From: Burkholderiaceae bacterium
Lineage (GTDB): Bacteria > Pseudomonadota > Gammaproteobacteria > Burkholderiales > Burkholderiaceae_C
Direction: 5' to 3'
Length of the DNA: 64,000 nt
Assembly (NCBI GenBank): GCA_046348065.1
Contig: JAXMFA010000013.1
Coordinates: 27,407 to 91,406 of the forward strand
In this document: positions 1 through 9,026 of the stretch, one piece after another
Numbering within the stretch: position 1 is the stretch's first letter
How the letters are laid out: each line of letters opens with the position of its first letter
Position numbers and translations under genes: made by a program
The notes under the pieces: model-generated
Told to the model about the DNA's origin: nothing
The model's input: the letters and a program-made list of their open reading frames with translations, nothing else
The model's database searches: none

Positions 1-2
1 TG

Positions 3-1283
3 CTCGGTGCGGCGGCGTTCCTGATGATCGAATTCCTCTCGGTTCCGTACCAGACCATCATCGCGGCCGCGGCCGTGCCGGCCTTCATGCATTTTTTCGG
101 CGTCTTCATGCAGGTTCATTTCGAGGCCAAGCGCTTCGGCCTGCGCGGCCTCACGCCCGAGGAAATGCCCAAGCTGCGAGAGAGCTTCATCATGCGCTGG
201 CCCACCTTGATCCCGCTGGTGCTGCTGGTGGGGATTCTGGTCAGCGGGCGCACCCCCTACTTGGCGGCGTTCACCGGCATCAGCAGCTGCGCCATCGTCG
301 GCGTGGTCACGCGCGTGAAGGGCAACACCGCGATCAACTGGGTCCTGCTGGCCTTGCTGCACACGCTGCTGGTTGTGCTGGTGTTCGGGGGCATCGAGAG
401 TGAGACTGTCAAGCTGGCGATTTTCGGTGCCGGCATTCTGGCGGCGTTTGCCGGTGTCAAGGCTTTCGGCATCCAGGGCCGCATCGGTCTGGGGGTGCTG
501 GTGGAGGCGTTCGGCACCGGCGCCAAGTACGCGCTCGCCGTGGGCGCCGCAGCGGCGACGGTGGGCATCGTGATCGGGGTTGTCACGCTCACCGGCGTGG
601 GATTCAAGCTCAGCACCATCATCACTGGCGCGGCGCAGTCCGTGGCGGGCGGCGTGGGCGGTTTCCTGCCGGCGGCGCTGGTCGATCCCAGGTCGCTGAC
701 CCTGCTGGTGGCACTGGCCATGACCGGCGTGGTCTGCATCTTGCTGGGCGCTGGCATTCCCACCACCGCCAACTACATCATCATGGTGACGGTGGCCGCG
801 CCCACGCTGGTGCTGCTCGGTGTCGAACCGCTGGTGGCGCATTTTTTCGTCTTCTATTACGGCGTGCTGGCCGATATCACACCACCGGTGGCCCTGGCGG
901 CCTATGCGGCGGCTGGCATGGCGGGCAGCGACCCGTTCAAGACCGGCAACACGGCGTTCCGGCTGGGTCTGGCGAAGGCGCTGGTTCCTTTTGTGTTCGT
1001 CTTCTCGCCGGCGCTGCTGATCGTCACGAAGGGCTTCACGCTGTACGACTTCACGGTGACCTTTGTCGGTTGCGTGCTCGGCATCACGATGCTTGCCGCA
1101 GCCTTGTCGAGGTTCTTCCTGGTCGAAATGAAGCGTTGGGAGCAACTGCTGTGCATCACTGCCGCCTTGCTGATGATTGCACCGGGCCTGAGCAGCACGG
1201 TGGCAGGTCTGGTGCTGGTTCTGCCGGTGCTTGTGCGCCAGCTCAAGGACTGGCGGCGCGCGCACCGGGTGTCGGTGCCGTGA
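3..1283 (+). CDS. TRAP transporter fused permease (DctQ/DctM 4TM/12TM type), C-terminal part; gene open at left window edge
   Basis: ORF track 24..1283; the frame stays open back to base 3 (LGAAAFLMIEF). Very hydrophobic multi-TM protein. Family assigned from recalled similarity to TAXI-type TRAP permeases. Confidence 0.7.
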   Translation, partial: LGAAAFLMIEFLSVPYQTIIAAAAVPAFMHFFGVFMQVHFEAKRFGLRGLTPEEMPKLRESFIMRWPTLIPLVLLVGILVSGRTPYLAAFTGISSCAIVGVVTRVKGNTAINWVLLALLHTLLVVLVFGGIESETVKLAIFGAGILAAFAGVKAFGIQGRIGLGVLVEAFGTGAKYALAVGAAAATVGIVIGVVTLTGVGFKLSTIITGAAQSVAGGVGGFLPAALVDPRSLTLLVALAMTGVVCILLGAGIPTTANYIIMVTVAAPTLVLLGVEPLVAHFFVFYYGVLADITPPVALAAYAAAGMAGSDPFKTGNTAFRLGLAKALVPFVFVFSPALLIVTKGFTLYDFTVTFVGCVLGITMLAAALSRFFLVEMKRWEQLLCITAALLMIAPGLSSTVAGLVLVLPVLVRQLKDWRRAHRVSVP

Positions 1284-1347
1284 CGGGGCAGCATCGCATG
1301 CGGAACCGCCAGGCAGGTCTCAGGCGTCTTGTCCGGGGCGGGTTGCC

Positions 1348-1653
1348 ATGACCACCAGAACCTTCACCGGCGGACGCATCCGCCGTGCCGACTACGACCC
1401 TGTCACGCGCCAGCTCGACCTGCATTGGGACAACCGGACCGTCACGGCCTACCGGCCGGTCCCGGAAGAGGTGTTCCGGCGGCTGTGCGCCGCGCCGTAC
1501 CCGGCCAGTTACTGGGAAGACCGCATCGCCGACGAATACCCGAAGGCCACGCCGGGCAAACCGTCCGGCACCGGCGAGGCGCCCAAGACGCTGAAAGACC
1601 TGTTTGCGGGCCTGGAGCCCGAGGGCGGCCCCGACCCGGGGGACCGGGGCTGA
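1348..1653 (+). CDS. KTSC domain-containing small protein
   Basis: In-frame ATG at 1348 inside ORF 1231..1653. YDPVTRQLDLHWDNRTVTAYRPVPEEVFRRL resembles the KTSC fold motif (recalled). Confidence 0.6.
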   Translation: MTTRTFTGGRIRRADYDPVTRQLDLHWDNRTVTAYRPVPEEVFRRLCAAPYPASYWEDRIADEYPKATPGKPSGTGEAPKTLKDLFAGLEPEGGPDPGDRG

Positions 1654-1739
1654 GAACTGCTTCGAGGGCCCGGTGGGCCCTACCTAATCCTTGATGCGTG
1701 TCAATCGGAACTTCGCGGCGGCGGGCGTATCCTAGCCCC

Positions 1740-2081
1740 ATGCGTCATTCGCGGCCTTGGCTGATGTTCCTGCTTCTGGCGGTTGCGCTGCTGTCGCGCA
1801 ATCTCGCGTGGGGCCATGTCGGCGTGACGCACGGCGATGTTCAAACGGTCGTCACGGCCATGGCGGCCCACAACAGCCCGTGCCATGAGGACCAGCCGGC
1901 CACCACCGAGGCGGCGCCCCAGGATCAGGGCTGCCGCATCGCCTGCGATCTGGGCACGATGCCACCGCTGGCAGCGGTCGGCGCGTTGCAGGTCCTCGGT
2001 TATGCGCCGGTGCGCCTGGCCCGGGTGCCCATGCCGTCGCCGGCGCCGCCACGCGCGCCCGACCGGCCGCCTCCTCGCTGA
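1740..2081 (+). CDS. hypothetical exported protein with His/Cys motifs and a Pro-rich tail
   Basis: ORF 1698..2081; internal ATG at 1740 gives the signal-like MRHSRPWLMFLLLAVALL. CHEDQ and CRIAC motifs. Confidence 0.4.
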   Translation: MRHSRPWLMFLLLAVALLSRNLAWGHVGVTHGDVQTVVTAMAAHNSPCHEDQPATTEAAPQDQGCRIACDLGTMPPLAAVGALQVLGYAPVRLARVPMPSPAPPRAPDRPPPR

Positions 2082-2152
2082 TGTTTCCTTGCGTTCGTTG
2101 ATTCGGCGGCACGCCGTGCCGCCGCCTGTTCATCATTCTCTGGAGAAACATC

Positions 2153-2656
2153 ATGCCCATGACCCATTACATGGAACTGCTGGCCGTCAACCAGCCCTGG
2201 AACCTCATTCTTTTCATGGCGATTCCCGTCATCCTCGCGGAGACGGTGGCCATCACCGAACTGTTCATCCTGTTCGCCCGACCCAAAGGCGGTTTGCTGG
2301 TCCAGGTCAATCGCCTGGCCAGCATCGTCGGCGGGCTGTATTTCAGTGGCGTGTTCGTCTACCTGATGTCAACCGCCGTGATCCCGCTGACCCACACCGG
2401 CCAGTGGCGTGGCCCGGCCGACGTGATTGCGGTGGGCGCCTACCTGAGCGGGGTGGTCCCGCTGCTCGGCATGGCGCTGCTGGACCTGCGCCTGGTTGGC
2501 CGCGGACTCAGCGACGAGGCGCGCCTGAAAGTCCACGCCACCCTCGTGGCCGTGTTCCTGGTGGTGGCCCACATTGCAATGATCTTCGGCATGCTGGACC
2601 CCACGCTGATGCAAGCTGGCGTTCCGGCCGCTCCGGCGGGCCATTCGATGCACTGA
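2153..2656 (+). CDS. small integral membrane protein of unknown function
   Basis: ORF 2153..2656 with several hydrophobic helices (NLILFMAIPVILAETVAI, VGGLYFSGVFVYLM, LVAVFLVVAHIAMIFG). GGAGA-like RBS upstream. Confidence 0.55.
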   Translation: MPMTHYMELLAVNQPWNLILFMAIPVILAETVAITELFILFARPKGGLLVQVNRLASIVGGLYFSGVFVYLMSTAVIPLTHTGQWRGPADVIAVGAYLSGVVPLLGMALLDLRLVGRGLSDEARLKVHATLVAVFLVVAHIAMIFGMLDPTLMQAGVPAAPAGHSMH

Positions 2657-2750
2657 GGCGGAATCGGCACACGGCTCGGAGCCATCCGGTCGGCGCCCGC
2701 CGGCCGGATCGGTCACGGAACCTGCAGGTGCCGGATGTGCCCCGGCGGGC

Positions 2751-4217
2751 TCAGTTCTCTTCGTTGAACGCCGCCTCTTCGCCGGGCAGGGCCGGCGGCA
2801 GGTGCAGGCGCTGGCGCATCGCACCGAATTCGGCCTGGAGGAACAGCGGCTTGACCTGCTGGGCGGCAAGTTCGTTGGCGCGCTGCTTCAAGGTGGCGAC
2901 CTTGGCGGGCTGGCTGGCCGCGAGATCGGTCTTCTCGCCCGGGTCCTTGGCGATGTCGTACAGCTCCGCGCTTTCGGGCAGGGGCGTGCGCCAGACCAGC
3001 TTCCAGTCGCCCTGGCGGATACCGGCCCGGAACGGTTCGATGTTGTAGACCACCTCGGTACGCGGGGAGGGCTGGCCCTGGGCGATCGTGGACCAGACGT
3101 CGAGTCCGTCCAACGGTTTGCTGCGCGTGGTCGGCGCCCCCGCCAGCTTGGCGAGGGTGGGGTACATGTCGACCACGTGCAGCATGCCGTCCACCTGCGT
3201 TCCCGGCGCAATGCGGCCCGGCCAGTTGGCCAGTGCCACCACGCGGGTACCACCTTCATACAGGGAACCCTTGCCGTCCCGGTAGGGGCCGTTGTCATTG
3301 GGGATCTTCGTTTTGGAAAGGTCGCCTTCGCCCGCGAACATCGCGTTGCGAACGCCGCCGTTGTCGCTCTGGAAGACGATCAGCGTGTTGTCCCGCATGC
3401 CGCGACGATCCAGCGCGGCCACGACCCGGCCGATCTGATCGTCCATGGCGCTGATGCTGGCCGCGTAGGCCCTGCGCGCCGGGTCCGCTATGTGCCGGTA
3501 GCGGTTGAGGTCCGCCTCGGGCGCCTGATAGGGCGTGTGGGGCGCGTTGAATGCAAGGTACAGGAACAGGGGCTTGGCTGGGTCGTGGGCGTCGATCAGG
3601 CGCACCGCTGCATTGCCCAGCAGGGTGGTGGAATAGCCCTTTTCCTTGAGCGGCTTGCCATTGAGGTACCAGTCGAGCACCTTGTGCTGCTCGTGGGTGA
3701 AATAGTCGATTTCACCGATGAGCGGGCCGTACTGATGGTCGAAGCCGCGCTGGCGCGGCCACATCGAGCGGTCGCCGTGCCCCAGGTGCCATTTGCCGAT
3801 GATCGCGGTCTGGTAGCCGGCTTCCTTGAGCGCCTGCGGCAGCAGCCATTCTTCCTTGTCCAGGCCGTGGGTCTGACCCGACAGGATGACCACGGTCTGC
3901 AGGCCGTAGCGGAACGGGTAGCGCCCCGTCATCAGGGCCGCCCGCGTGGGCGTGCACATCGATTGGGCGTAGAACTGGTTCAGTTGCGCCCCCGACTTCG
4001 CCAGTTGGTCGATGTTCGGGGTGCGGATGTCGGAACCGTGAAAGCCGACATCCTTCCAGCCCAGGTCGTCCGCGACGATGTAGACGATGTTGGGTCGGTC
4101 TGCGGCGGCGGCTGGCAGGAACAGACCCGTGAACAGTGCTGCCAGGAGCCAGGCCAGTCGAAGCACCAGGCTGCGAACGGCAGGCAAGGCCGACGGGCGA
4201 AGGGAAGGTGCGCGCAT
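2751..4217 (-). CDS. arylsulfatase (formylglycine-dependent sulfatase family), secreted
   Basis: Sulfatase signature CTPTRAALMTGRYP (C-x-P-x-R), the DDLGW motif and an N-terminal signal peptide. Confidence 0.9.
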   Translation of the reverse strand: MRAPSLRPSALPAVRSLVLRLAWLLAALFTGLFLPAAAADRPNIVYIVADDLGWKDVGFHGSDIRTPNIDQLAKSGAQLNQFYAQSMCTPTRAALMTGRYPFRYGLQTVVILSGQTHGLDKEEWLLPQALKEAGYQTAIIGKWHLGHGDRSMWPRQRGFDHQYGPLIGEIDYFTHEQHKVLDWYLNGKPLKEKGYSTTLLGNAAVRLIDAHDPAKPLFLYLAFNAPHTPYQAPEADLNRYRHIADPARRAYAASISAMDDQIGRVVAALDRRGMRDNTLIVFQSDNGGVRNAMFAGEGDLSKTKIPNDNGPYRDGKGSLYEGGTRVVALANWPGRIAPGTQVDGMLHVVDMYPTLAKLAGAPTTRSKPLDGLDVWSTIAQGQPSPRTEVVYNIEPFRAGIRQGDWKLVWRTPLPESAELYDIAKDPGEKTDLAASQPAKVATLKQRANELAAQQVKPLFLQAEFGAMRQRLHLPPALPGEEAAFNEEN

Positions 4218-4308
4218 CGAAAAACCCCGTTGGGATGGAAAGTGCCCGATTCTAGGGGGCCGCCGAAGGCGTCGCGATGAGTCTGCGGCGAGGTGGTGAC
4301 GTGCGCGC

Positions 4309-4698
4309 TCAGCCCTGCCAGACCCCTAAGCCGCTCTCGCGCAGATCGATGCCCAGCTCCACCTCCAGGCTGCGGGCTTCGTCGTAGGTCAATGGGTTGT
4401 ACAACGCGTAGAGCGCGGGCAGCAGGCGCAGGCCATACGCGGTGACGAAGCGGTTGGCCTGGATGCCGGCCTTGTGCTTGTCGAAGCGAAGGTCCGGGTC
4501 CAGCCCGGTCATGCCGACGTACACGCAGGGTTTGCCGGCTTTGTACCCGGGATTCGCGCGCAGAAACCGGGCGTGACGCAGCACCTCGGGCGAAAGCTCG
4601 ACCACGTAGACGTGGTAGGTTCGCCGTTGGGGCCGCGCACGGGTCCGGCTGGACGCCTTTGCCGCCCCGGCGTCCGGTTTTTCGATCGGTTTGCTCAT
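4309..4698 (-). CDS. conserved hypothetical protein, possibly GIY-YIG-like fold
   Basis: ORF 4309..4719; likely start is MSKPIEK at 4698. The pattern YHVYVVEL...CVYVGMTG...RFDKH...EVE loosely matches GIY-YIG spacing. Basic N-terminus. Confidence 0.45.
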   Translation of the reverse strand: MSKPIEKPDAGAAKASSRTRARPQRRTYHVYVVELSPEVLRHARFLRANPGYKAGKPCVYVGMTGLDPDLRFDKHKAGIQANRFVTAYGLRLLPALYALYNPLTYDEARSLEVELGIDLRESGLGVWQG

Positions 4699-4739
4699 TT
4701 CCCAGCGTCGGATGGTCATTTCATGCTATCAGATCAGGA
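4699..4739 (+). repeat. R65 dispersed intergenic element, copy a (core only)
   Basis: ttcccagcgtcggatggtcatttcatgctatcagatcagga. Shares the core ccagcg-cgg-tggccacg-gctatca-a-cagga with 10 other sites. Confidence 0.7.
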
Positions 4740-4890
4740 ATCAATCGATCTGCGCGCCGAGCCGTCGCACGCGCGACCCGGCAGGTGCGTCCGCGGGTTT
4801 GGCCTATGGCCCCGCCGCTTGCGGGTGTGACATACTTTTCGTTTCGCGCCCGCTTGGCGGCGCCGAACCGTTGCGAAGGAATGTGGTCCC

Positions 4891-6501
4891 ATGAGTACTC
4901 AGGAATTTGATTACGTGATCGTTGGCGGCGGATCGGCCGGCTGTGCCCTGGCTGGCCGCCTGAGCGAAGACCCCGGCACCAGCGTGTGCGTGCTGGAGGC
5001 CGGCGGCGAGGACCACTCGGTGTTCGTGCGCGCGCCGCTGGGCATCATTGTCATGGTGCCGTTCGGCCTGATGAACAGCTGGCACTACTTCACCACGCCG
5101 CAGAAGGGGTTCAACGGCCGCAAGGGATTCCAGCCGCGCGGCAAGGTGCTGGGTGGCTCCAGCTCGATCAATGCCATGGTCTACACGCGGTGCAACCGCA
5201 ACGACTACGACGGCTGGGCGGCGGCGGGGAACCCCGGCTGGAGCTACGCCGATCTGCTGCCGCTGTTCAAGCGCGCCGAGAACAGCCATTGTTTTTCCAA
5301 CAACGAGTACCACGGGAACGGCGGCCCGCTGCACGTGAGCTACCTGCGCAGCCCCTCGCCCGCCAACGAGGCATTCCGTGCCGCCTGCGTCGAAAAAGGC
5401 ATTCCACTCAATCCCGACTACAACGGGGCCACCCAGTTCGGCATTTCGCCCACCCAGGCCACGCAATACAACGGCGAGCGCTGGAACGCCGCCAGAGCCT
5501 ACCTGCACGCCAACGCCGATCGCCGCAACCTCACGGTGCTCAAGGGTTGCCACGTCCGCAAGGTCGTCTTCGAAGGCAAGACCGCCACCGGCGTGGAGCT
5601 GCGCCGGGACGGCCGGGTGGAGCAGATCCGTGCCCGCAAGGAAGTGATCCTGAGCGCCGGGGCCTTTGGCTCGCCCCAGTTGCTCATGCTGTCGGGTATC
5701 GGCCCGGCAGCGCACCTGCAACAGCACGGCATTGCCGTGCTGCACGACCTGCCCGGTGTGGGCCAGAACCTGCAGGACCACGTCACCTCCAACCTGATTT
5801 ACCGCACGCCGCGGTGGAAGGACACGGTGGGCATTTCGGTGCGCGGCGCGTGGGAGATCATCAAGGCGATTTTTCAGTGGCGCAAAGAACGCAAGGGCTG
5901 GATCACCACCTGCGTGTCCGAATCCAACGGCTTCATCTCGACCTGCGGCAACACCGACCATCCCGATATCCAGTTGGCGTTTCTGCCCAGCATCGTCGAC
6001 GACCATACCCGCAAGACCCATCTGGGCCACGGCTACACGCTGCACACCACGCTGATGCGCCCCAAGAGCCGCGGCAGTGTCACCTTGCAGAGCGCCGACC
6101 CCCACCAGCCACCCGCCATCGACCCCGGCTTCTACACGCATCCGGACGACATGGCCGTCGCCATCAAGGGCGCGCGCATGGGATTCGAGATCCTGGAGGC
6201 GAAGGCCATGGCGGCCTACCGGGGCAAGCGCCTGCACGCGGTCGATGTGAACGACGACAAGGCCATGGAGGCCTTCCTGCGCGCCACCTGCGACACCGAA
6301 TACCACCCCGTGGGCACCTGCAAGATGGGCCCGGACAGCGATCCGATGGCGGTGGTCGATGCCCAGTTGCGCGTCAAGGGCGTGCAGGGCTTGCGCGTGG
6401 TCGATGCGTCCATCATGCCCGCGCTGACCAGCGGCAACACCAACGCGCCGAGCATGGTGATCGGCGAAAAGGCTGCCGACCTGATCCGTTCCGGCACCTG
6501 A
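4891..6501 (+). CDS. GMC family FAD oxidoreductase (choline/alcohol dehydrogenase-like)
   Basis: N-terminal FAD fold DYVIVGGGSAGC, GSSSINAM, and C-terminal YHPVGTCKMG typical of the GMC family. Confidence 0.9.
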   Translation: MSTQEFDYVIVGGGSAGCALAGRLSEDPGTSVCVLEAGGEDHSVFVRAPLGIIVMVPFGLMNSWHYFTTPQKGFNGRKGFQPRGKVLGGSSSINAMVYTRCNRNDYDGWAAAGNPGWSYADLLPLFKRAENSHCFSNNEYHGNGGPLHVSYLRSPSPANEAFRAACVEKGIPLNPDYNGATQFGISPTQATQYNGERWNAARAYLHANADRRNLTVLKGCHVRKVVFEGKTATGVELRRDGRVEQIRARKEVILSAGAFGSPQLLMLSGIGPAAHLQQHGIAVLHDLPGVGQNLQDHVTSNLIYRTPRWKDTVGISVRGAWEIIKAIFQWRKERKGWITTCVSESNGFISTCGNTDHPDIQLAFLPSIVDDHTRKTHLGHGYTLHTTLMRPKSRGSVTLQSADPHQPPAIDPGFYTHPDDMAVAIKGARMGFEILEAKAMAAYRGKRLHAVDVNDDKAMEAFLRATCDTEYHPVGTCKMGPDSDPMAVVDAQLRVKGVQGLRVVDASIMPALTSGNTNAPSMVIGEKAADLIRSGT

Positions 6502-6536
6502 AGACCACCCGCTCCCGAACCGTGTAGGCTTGCACC

Positions 6537-8072
6537 ATGAGCACCATCCGACTGAACCCCCTGGAAACCGCCTGGATCTTCACCGAGAGCCGGGCCACCC
6601 CCAACCACGTGGGCGGCCTGCTGCAGTTCCGCCTGCCCGAGGACGCGCCACGCGATTTCATGCGCCAGATGATGGCCGAGTTCCGCAACCATCGCACGTT
6701 CACGCCGCCGTGGAACCGGCGCCTGAAATACGCCTTCAACAAGAACCCGGCGCCGGTGTGGATCGAGGACGACGACATCGACCTCGAGTACCACGTGCGC
6801 CATGCGGCCCTGCCGTGGCCGGGCGGTGAGCGCGAACTGGGCGAACTGGTGGGGCGGCTGCAGAGCACGCCCCTGGACCTGATGCGCCCGCCCTGGGAGT
6901 GCACGCTGATCGAGGGGCTGGAGGGCAACCGCTTCGCGATGTTCATCAAGATGCACCACAGCCTGATCGACGGCATCAGCGGCATGAAGCTGCTGCAGCG
7001 CGCGATGTCGACCGACCGCCAGCGCAGCCTGGGACTGCCGCCTTTCTGGGCCAGCGGTTCACCACCTGCGTCCCGCGCGGGGCGGGAGCAGGCTCTGATG
7101 CCGACGATGGCCCATGCCGCCGAGGCCGCGGTGGCCGCGCTCAGCGGGCAGGCCCGCTCGCTGCCGCAGCTGGCGATGGCCTTCGGCAAGATTCTCAAGC
7201 GGGTGGGCGACCCGGGCGATGGCATGGTGGTGCCTTTTGTCGATTCGCCCCTGTCCGTCCTGAATGGGCGGGTGCGCGAGAAGCGGCGTTTTGCGACGCA
7301 GCAGTTCACGATGGAGCGCCTGCGCACGCTGGCCACCGCGGCTGGCGGCACGCTCAACGACGTGGTGCTGGCCATCTGTGGCGGAGCCTTGCGGCGCTTC
7401 CTGCTGGAACGCGACGAGTTGCCCGAACAGTCGCTGACCGCGGGGATTCCGGTATCAGTGCGGCCGGCCGACGACGAGGGCACCGGCAACGCGATCACCT
7501 TCATCATCGCCACGCTGGGCACCGACATCACCGGTGCCGCCGAGCGCTTCCAGGCTATCCGCCGATCGGTGCGCCACGCCAAGGAGCACGTGCAAAGCCT
7601 GCCGCGCCAGGCGATGGGGCAGTACACCGTGCTGCTGATGGCGCCCACCATCGTCACGCTGCTGACCGGCGTCGGTGGCCACACGCGGCCGATGTTCAAC
7701 ATCACGATCTCCAACGTGCCGGGCCCCGACAAGCCGCTGTACTTCCGCGGCGCCGAACTGCTGGCCACCTACCCGGCGTCCATCGTGACGCATGGCCAGG
7801 CGGTCAACATCACCTGCCAGAGCTACACCGGCAAGATGAATTTCGGCTACACCGGCTGTCACACCTCGGTGCCGCGCCTGCAACGGCTGGCGGTCTACAC
7901 CGCCGATGCGCTGGCCGAACTGGAAGCCGCCTTCCTGCCGCAGGCCGCCGCCAAGGCGGTGGCCCGATCGGCCCCGGCGTCGCGCAAGGCCGCCGCAAAG
8001 GCCAAGGCAAACCCCGCCAAAGTCGCCGCGCGCAGGCCGAAGGCTGCGGGCAAGACGGCCAAGGCCGCTTGA
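6537..8072 (+). CDS. wax ester synthase/diacylglycerol acyltransferase (WS/DGAT) family protein, paralogue 1, with Lys/Ala-rich tail
   Basis: HHSLIDGISG (HHxxxDG active site), NDVVLA and SNVPGP motifs. Tail is AAAKAVARSAPASRKAAAKAKANPAKVAARRPKAAGKTAKAA. Confidence 0.9.
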   Translation: MSTIRLNPLETAWIFTESRATPNHVGGLLQFRLPEDAPRDFMRQMMAEFRNHRTFTPPWNRRLKYAFNKNPAPVWIEDDDIDLEYHVRHAALPWPGGERELGELVGRLQSTPLDLMRPPWECTLIEGLEGNRFAMFIKMHHSLIDGISGMKLLQRAMSTDRQRSLGLPPFWASGSPPASRAGREQALMPTMAHAAEAAVAALSGQARSLPQLAMAFGKILKRVGDPGDGMVVPFVDSPLSVLNGRVREKRRFATQQFTMERLRTLATAAGGTLNDVVLAICGGALRRFLLERDELPEQSLTAGIPVSVRPADDEGTGNAITFIIATLGTDITGAAERFQAIRRSVRHAKEHVQSLPRQAMGQYTVLLMAPTIVTLLTGVGGHTRPMFNITISNVPGPDKPLYFRGAELLATYPASIVTHGQAVNITCQSYTGKMNFGYTGCHTSVPRLQRLAVYTADALAELEAAFLPQAAAKAVARSAPASRKAAAKAKANPAKVAARRPKAAGKTAKAA

Positions 8073-8179
8073 TACGGATTCGCCTTCAAACGTATAACTT
8101 CGTTGCTTCGCCTCGCCGTGCTACAGCACTGTCTTCGGCTTCGCGCCTTGTTCTACGCTTGAATGCAAACCCGTATGAG
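8071..8179 (+). repeat. R109 element copy 1 of 4 (109-bp element with imperfect terminal inverted repeats)
   Basis: gatacggattcgccttcaaacgta...gtgctacagcac...tacgcttgaatgcaaacccgtatgag. Near-identical copies at 31770, 36676 and 52798. Fills the gap between convergent genes and overlaps the TGA at 8070-8072. Confidence 0.9.
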
Positions 8180-8187
8180 TCGCCTGC

Positions 8188-8901
8188 TCAGGCCGGCGGC
8201 TCGATGCCGCGGTAGTTCGTCGATGCCGACTTGCAGATCGGGCAGGCGCCAGCCGGAACAGTGTTGACGGTCGAGCCACAGACCTGGCACACGTAGTAGC
8301 GGCCGGTCTTCTGGTCGATGGTGCGCGCCACCGTCTCGAAGAACGACGGCGCCCAGCGCAGGATCTGCTTGATGCGGTCGCGGTGCTGTTGCTCCGAGCC
8401 CCAGGCATAGCCGACGGCCGCGATTGCCTCCTCGACCCCCTCGGGCTTGATCTGCGCCAGCAGCCGCGGGTAGAAGGCGTCGATTGAGTGCATCTCGCCC
8501 TCGGCGGCGCGCAGCAGGTTGTCGCGGGTGTCGGTGGTGCGCAGCACCGGCTTGGGAAGCGGCTGCGGGTCGGCGCCGAGACGCGTCAGGATCTTGCCGA
8601 AGTTGGCGGCATGGACCTGCTCGGACGCCGAGAACGCGGTGAACAGGTAGGCGATGCCGTGGTAGCCCTCCTGCGTGGCGCGGCGGGCATAGTCGTTGTA
8701 TTGCAGGTAAACCGTGGTCTCGGTTTCGCGGGCAGCCTGCATGGCGGCCAGCGTGGCCGGGTAGGGAGGAGCGGGCCGCGCCACCTGCCACGCGGGCAGG
8801 GCCCCCAAGGCCGCAGCCGTCTGCAGGAGGCGGCGCCGGCTCACAGCCGGGGTCGGAGCAGCGCCAATCAGCGCAGTGAACAGCGGTCGGCGGGTCAGCA
8901 T
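8188..8901 (-). CDS. rubrerythrin-family diiron protein with Tat-type signal and C-terminal rubredoxin-like CxxC..CxxC
   Basis: ORF 8188..8970; ATG at 8901 preceded by GGAGGTG. SRRRLLQTAAALGA twin-arginine motif, two ExxH motifs (SEQVH, EGEMH), CQVCG...CPICK. Confidence 0.8.
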   Translation of the reverse strand: MLTRRPLFTALIGAAPTPAVSRRRLLQTAAALGALPAWQVARPAPPYPATLAAMQAARETETTVYLQYNDYARRATQEGYHGIAYLFTAFSASEQVHAANFGKILTRLGADPQPLPKPVLRTTDTRDNLLRAAEGEMHSIDAFYPRLLAQIKPEGVEEAIAAVGYAWGSEQQHRDRIKQILRWAPSFFETVARTIDQKTGRYYVCQVCGSTVNTVPAGACPICKSASTNYRGIEPPA

Positions 8902-9026
8902 GGTCACCTCCTTCGCGTCAATGCCTTCATTGAACGCCTCGACCGCGGGCGCCGTTGTGACCTGGATCAATCTCCGCGTGCGACCGGCGCCGGCGGCCGG
9001 GCGGGGCGCGCCGGTATAGTGATCCG

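Noticed and set aside
1837-3048. 403-aa plus-strand ORF spanning the small-gene cluster and the arylsulfatase 3' end
   Set aside because: Arg/Pro-rich shadow frame that overlaps better-supported ORFs on both strands.
4804-6306. 500-aa ORF antisense to the GMC oxidoreductase gene
   Set aside because: Shadow ORF typical of high-GC DNA. Low-complexity Ala/Gly/Arg/Val composition and no motifs. The opposite strand has clear GMC signatures.
7895-8089. Short ORFs beginning MKANPY/MKANPF at each R109 copy (also 36362..36694 and 52604..52816)
   Set aside because: They start at a TTG inside the repeat and run antisense into the upstream gene. This is an artefact of the conserved element sequence.
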